From positions 1 to 18,505 of the forward strand of contig JAWXCN010000120.1 of assembly GCA_034408725.1 (NCBI GenBank): a stretch of DNA of 18,505 nucleotides, written 5' to 3'. This document shows, piece by piece, positions 15,101 to 18,505 of the stretch. Position numbers and translations under genes: made by a program. The DNA comes from Candidatus Hydrogenedentota bacterium (GTDB lineage Bacteria > Hydrogenedentota > Hydrogenedentia > Hydrogenedentales > SLHB01). The notes beneath the pieces were generated by a model that was not told the origin of the DNA, did not search any database, and worked only from the letters and a program-made list of their open reading frames with translations. How positions within the stretch are numbered: position 1 is the first letter of the stretch; every line of letters begins with the position of its first letter.

Positions 15101-15116
15101 TGCAACCTGCATACCC
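15101..15116 (-). promoter_or_regulatory. candidate sigma54 (-24/-12) promoter for flgK
   Basis: GGGTATGCAGGTTGCA has GG-N10-GC spacing and resembles TGGCACG-N4-TTGCW. It lies about 90 bp upstream of the start. Confidence 0.55.
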
Positions 15117-15286
15117 ATTATCGGCGGAAGGGAGGGTGGGCTTTAGACTGGGCGCAAGAGACGCCCGCAACCAGTGACGGAATAAGAGCTTGCGCCATCG
15201 GCAACACTTTTCCCGAAGAAGCGTCTTGACCCTTGCGACAAAGTGACAATGGGAAATCCATGCCGCAGCGAGGAAAAGAAGTCCCG

Positions 15287-17185
15287 TTACTCAATCGTTA
15301 TGTTGATGGTGCCCGTCTCGAAGATGCTGCGGCTAATTGCAAGTTCAATGGCTTCCACTTCGCCGCTCCTGACGCCGGCCACGAGCTGATCCAGTTTTTC
15401 CTGTACCTGCGCAACACTCGTGACGGGTTCGCCGTTGAGACTTCGAATGCGGTCCCCAGATTGAAGCCCTAAGCCAAGATTCATGGCATTCAATGCCTGA
15501 TCCCCTTTCGATTCAACCACGGTAATACTGGAGATAGATTCGGTAGGTCCTGATTTTTCCTCGTATACACGTTCGAAAGCGAGTTGCTGTTCCAGTGTAT
15601 TTCCACTGAGGTATTTGAGTTGTTCGATATGTTTGACGAGATACTGTTCGATCTGGGCTCGTTTGGCAACCCGAGTGATGGTAGATGTGGCGGGTTCCAC
15701 GAGCGCGAATCGAATGGTCTTGGTATTCTCGCCTTCGAGGACACTCAATTCGGGTAATTCTTCCCCAGCTTCCACGGCTGCAGCAGCTTGCGACAAAGTA
15801 TCGGATAATTTCGACGTCGATGGGTCTGTTCCGTTTACACTTGCTAACCGCGTGCCCTCGCGGACACCCAATGCCGCCAGCGATTCATACAGCGGTCCCG
15901 ATAATAACGCCGGTTGCTTTGCGTCTTCGGGTGTAAGGTTCTTCAGCAGTCCCGCCGCATTAGTAAGTCGATGAGCCAAAGCTGCGCGAGTAACAGCAAC
16001 GGTATACGTTTTGGACACGGGAGCCGAAGAAGGGCGAAGCGACGCCAATGCCTGTTGCCGATAGATGGAATACCGGTTCTCGACAGAAAGAGACGGATTT
16101 CCTGGAAGGGCGTCTTTTCCCCAAGGTACTGCATTCAAGATGAGAAATTCAGTGGAATGAGCTCGGGTTATGACATTCGTGTTCGGCGAGAACATGGCAA
16201 ATGAGCTCCCCGGGATCTTTGCAAGTTCATTTCCAGACCTTACGTCCCATATTAGAGCCTGCTCCTTTTCGGATGCTGTCGCCAATCGTTCAGCGTTGCC
16301 GTCGAAGGAGATCGTCAATACTTTTTCGGAATGGCCTTCAAGCACTCGGAGCAGATTATGGGAAGTCGCGTCCCACAGTCGGATGTCCGCGTCGACGCCG
16401 CCGGATGCCAATAGGTTTCCATCCTTACTGTAGGCCAGACAGCTAACCGCGCCTTGATGACCGTCGAGCACTGCAAGGGGCATATCTGAATCAATATTCC
16501 AAAGGCGTGTTGTCCCGTCCAACGATGCAGACGCAAAATCATTTGTATTTGGTCTGGCCGCGACGGCCACTACCGTGCCCGTGTGACCTTCAAGTGTTTT
16601 TTCCAATTCACCGCTAGTGACGGAATACAATCGCAGACGCGAGTCGGCGCATCCGGCAATGAGGTACTCGCCCGCTGGACTAAATGCCAACGATGTGATT
16701 GCCACATCCGGGCTGCGCATCACGGAGAAAATTTTTGCCGGTTCGATTTCCCATACCGCAACAGTTGACGCGCTAAGTTCAATCGCCACACGTTTGTTGT
16801 CAGCACTAAACGCCGCCACTTTGGCGCCGGGACAGAAAGTGCCGAATTGCACCGGGTCGCGTTCGAAATCGGACGCGAAGACCGTCCAAGTGTTATTCTG
16901 AAGACTCGCAAGATGGCTGGCATCCGGTGAGGCAACAGCCAAAACAGCAGCATCTGGACTTTTTACCGATCGCATTCCTGGCTTGCTTAACGTTGCCCGC
17001 ATTGTCACTCTTCCACGAAGAGCAGTACTCAAATACTTTGAACTATCCGGGCTGAATTCCAAAACCTGATCAGCTCCGCCGCGTAGCTCATCAACAGACG
17101 AACGCTCTTCAGTTAAGTTCCACAATCCAGCGCTTCCCGAAGTAGGTCCGCGACGTTCCAGATACAGATATCGTTGGGTTGCCAT
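15287..17185 (-). CDS. WD40-repeat region with C-terminal PDZ-like domains (distal part of a frameshifted kinase gene)
   Basis: Repeated LEGH...ASASLDGTTRLWN / LASGGVDADIRLWD. GLQSGDRIRSLNGEPV and GVREGTRLASVNG are PDZ-like. It overlaps the upstream ORF out of frame. Confidence 0.8.
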   Translation of the reverse strand: MATQRYLYLERRGPTSGSAGLWNLTEERSSVDELRGGADQVLEFSPDSSKYLSTALRGRVTMRATLSKPGMRSVKSPDAAVLAVASPDASHLASLQNNTWTVFASDFERDPVQFGTFCPGAKVAAFSADNKRVAIELSASTVAVWEIEPAKIFSVMRSPDVAITSLAFSPAGEYLIAGCADSRLRLYSVTSGELEKTLEGHTGTVVAVAARPNTNDFASASLDGTTRLWNIDSDMPLAVLDGHQGAVSCLAYSKDGNLLASGGVDADIRLWDATSHNLLRVLEGHSEKVLTISFDGNAERLATASEKEQALIWDVRSGNELAKIPGSSFAMFSPNTNVITRAHSTEFLILNAVPWGKDALPGNPSLSVENRYSIYRQQALASLRPSSAPVSKTYTVAVTRAALAHRLTNAAGLLKNLTPEDAKQPALLSGPLYESLAALGVREGTRLASVNGTDPSTSKLSDTLSQAAAAVEAGEELPELSVLEGENTKTIRFALVEPATSTITRVAKRAQIEQYLVKHIEQLKYLSGNTLEQQLAFERVYEEKSGPTESISSITVVESKGDQALNAMNLGLGLQSGDRIRSLNGEPVTSVAQVQEKLDQLVAGVRSGEVEAIELAISRSIFETGTINITIE

Positions 17186-18504
17186 GGGGCCTTAGATTCT
17201 GTCGTGGGGGCAGACCTGCTTAAGGCGTACTGCCCATTCTTGCTGACGACGATCATACCAACAGGTCCAGTGTGTACCTGAAACGCGGCTGTTTCGTTTC
17301 CTGTAGCGACATCCAACTTACGGACCGCGCCATCACCGCAACCTACGAAAAGGTATTTGCCGGTTGCATCAAATAGCAGGGCAAGTCCGCTGCCACCGTT
17401 TGGGATGGAAAATTCCAAGATTCTTTTGCCCGTCGCCGTATCCCAAACACCAGCACGAACGTTAAAGATATGTATTGCCGCGAACTTCGTCCCGTCGTGC
17501 GAAAAACTACCCATATAAAGATTCCGGGCGGTGTCGTCAAAGGTAACTAGGGGTTGACCGTCGATTGCAGAATAGATTACCGCAGGTTCTTCTCTGGAAA
17601 CGGCGACGAATCGGCTTCCATCAGGCGTGAACTTTGCCCAGGTTCGACCCGTGATTGTAAATAAATCCGGATTGGCTTCGTTAAGCAAGTAACCCCATTC
17701 GAAATTACGCAGGTCTTCCTTAGTCTCCAATAGCGTGTCTTTCGCTAACTTCATATTGTTGTTTTCAATAGCAGACTGGGCCAATCGAATTTGCGCGACG
17801 TATTTCTGTTTTTCGGCTTCGTCCCAGGCTACGACGGCATCGTCGCGCGCGTCGACGACGCTGATGTAGGAATAGATCGCGAATCCGAGCAGGACCAGCG
17901 CGGCAGCGGCGCCGAGGTTGATCATGGGTTTGTAGCGGCGATAGTAGTGCCGCGAGATTTCGCTGATCTTGTATGTGTGCGCCTTGACGAGTGCGCCGGA
18001 CATGAACCGTTGCACGTCTTCCGCGAGTTCGCGGGCGGACTGGTAGCGGTCGCGGGGTTTGGGTTTGATGCAGCGCTGGACGATTGCGGCGAGCGCGGCG
18101 GGCACTTCGGGTTCACGGATTGCCACGGGTTCCGGCGTTTTGGATATGACCTGGTCGAGCACGTCTCTCGCGGACCGGCCCGTGAACGGGGGGTCGCCAG
18201 TAATCATCTGATAGAGGATGATGCCAAGCGAATAGACGTCCGAGCGTTCGTCGATATCCTCGAGTTCGCCGCGGGCCTGTTCGGGGGCCATGTACGCGGG
18301 CGTGCCGAGGACTGCGCCGTCGTTGGTGAGCGCGAGGTCTTCGTTCAGTTGCAATTGGCTCAGGGTGCGGGCCATCTCTTCGCTGTGGACATCTGGGCGG
18401 CCTTTTACTTTCGCAAGGCCCCAATCGAGGATAACGGTTTCGCCGAACTGACCCACCATGACGTTGTTCGGCTTGAGGTCGCGGTGGATGATGCCGCGGC
18501 TGTG
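17113..18504 (-). CDS. Ser/Thr protein kinase with a hydrophobic helix and first WD40 repeats (5' partial, frameshifted near 17140)
   Basis: Frame open to the window edge: IIHRDLKPNNVM...LDWGLAK...GTPAYMAPEQARG...SDVYSLG, then LGAAAALVLLGFAIYSYI, RNFEWGYL and WD repeats. Confidence 0.9.
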   Translation of the reverse strand, partial: HSRGIIHRDLKPNNVMVGQFGETVILDWGLAKVKGRPDVHSEEMARTLSQLQLNEDLALTNDGAVLGTPAYMAPEQARGELEDIDERSDVYSLGIILYQMITGDPPFTGRSARDVLDQVISKTPEPVAIREPEVPAALAAIVQRCIKPKPRDRYQSARELAEDVQRFMSGALVKAHTYKISEISRHYYRRYKPMINLGAAAALVLLGFAIYSYISVVDARDDAVVAWDEAEKQKYVAQIRLAQSAIENNNMKLAKDTLLETKEDLRNFEWGYLLNEANPDLFTITGRTWAKFTPDGSRFVAVSREEPAVIYSAIDGQPLVTFDDTARNLYMGSFSHDGTKFAAIHIFNVRAGVWDTATGKRILEFSIPNGGSGLALLFDATGKYLFVGCGDGAVRKLDVATGNETAAFQVHTGPVGMIVVSKNGQYALSRSAPTTESKAPWQPNDICIWNVADLLREALDCGT

Positions 18505-18505
18505 G

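Overview
The window has an accessory left half (about 1-9400, mostly AT-richer by eye) and a GC-rich right half with chromosome-like genes. A complete 3227-bp IS1595-family element spans 424-3650, with perfect 26-bp terminal inverted repeats and an 8-bp target duplication (GAAACGAA). Its passenger cargo is a coiled-coil/HTH-like gene, a hicB-hicA-like pair and a structured 1240-1670 segment. That segment holds a candidate antisense sRNA with its own sigma70 promoter, a 30-aa ORF and a 70-nt tRNA/tmRNA-like RNA with alanine identity elements, which is the most unusual feature here. To the right is a defence-island-like block: a BRCT protein, a Schlafen/AlbA_2-Ig-like protein and a zincin-like protein. 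Next come a secreted hypothetical gene flanked by a duplicated OmpA-like domain, clusters of REP-like and short tandem repeats, a MOSC protein, a TM-TPR-Ser/Thr kinase and a stand-alone flgK with a sigma54-like promoter. The window ends in a frameshifted Ser/Thr kinase-WD40-PDZ gene that runs off the right edge. All family calls come from motif recognition, not database searches.
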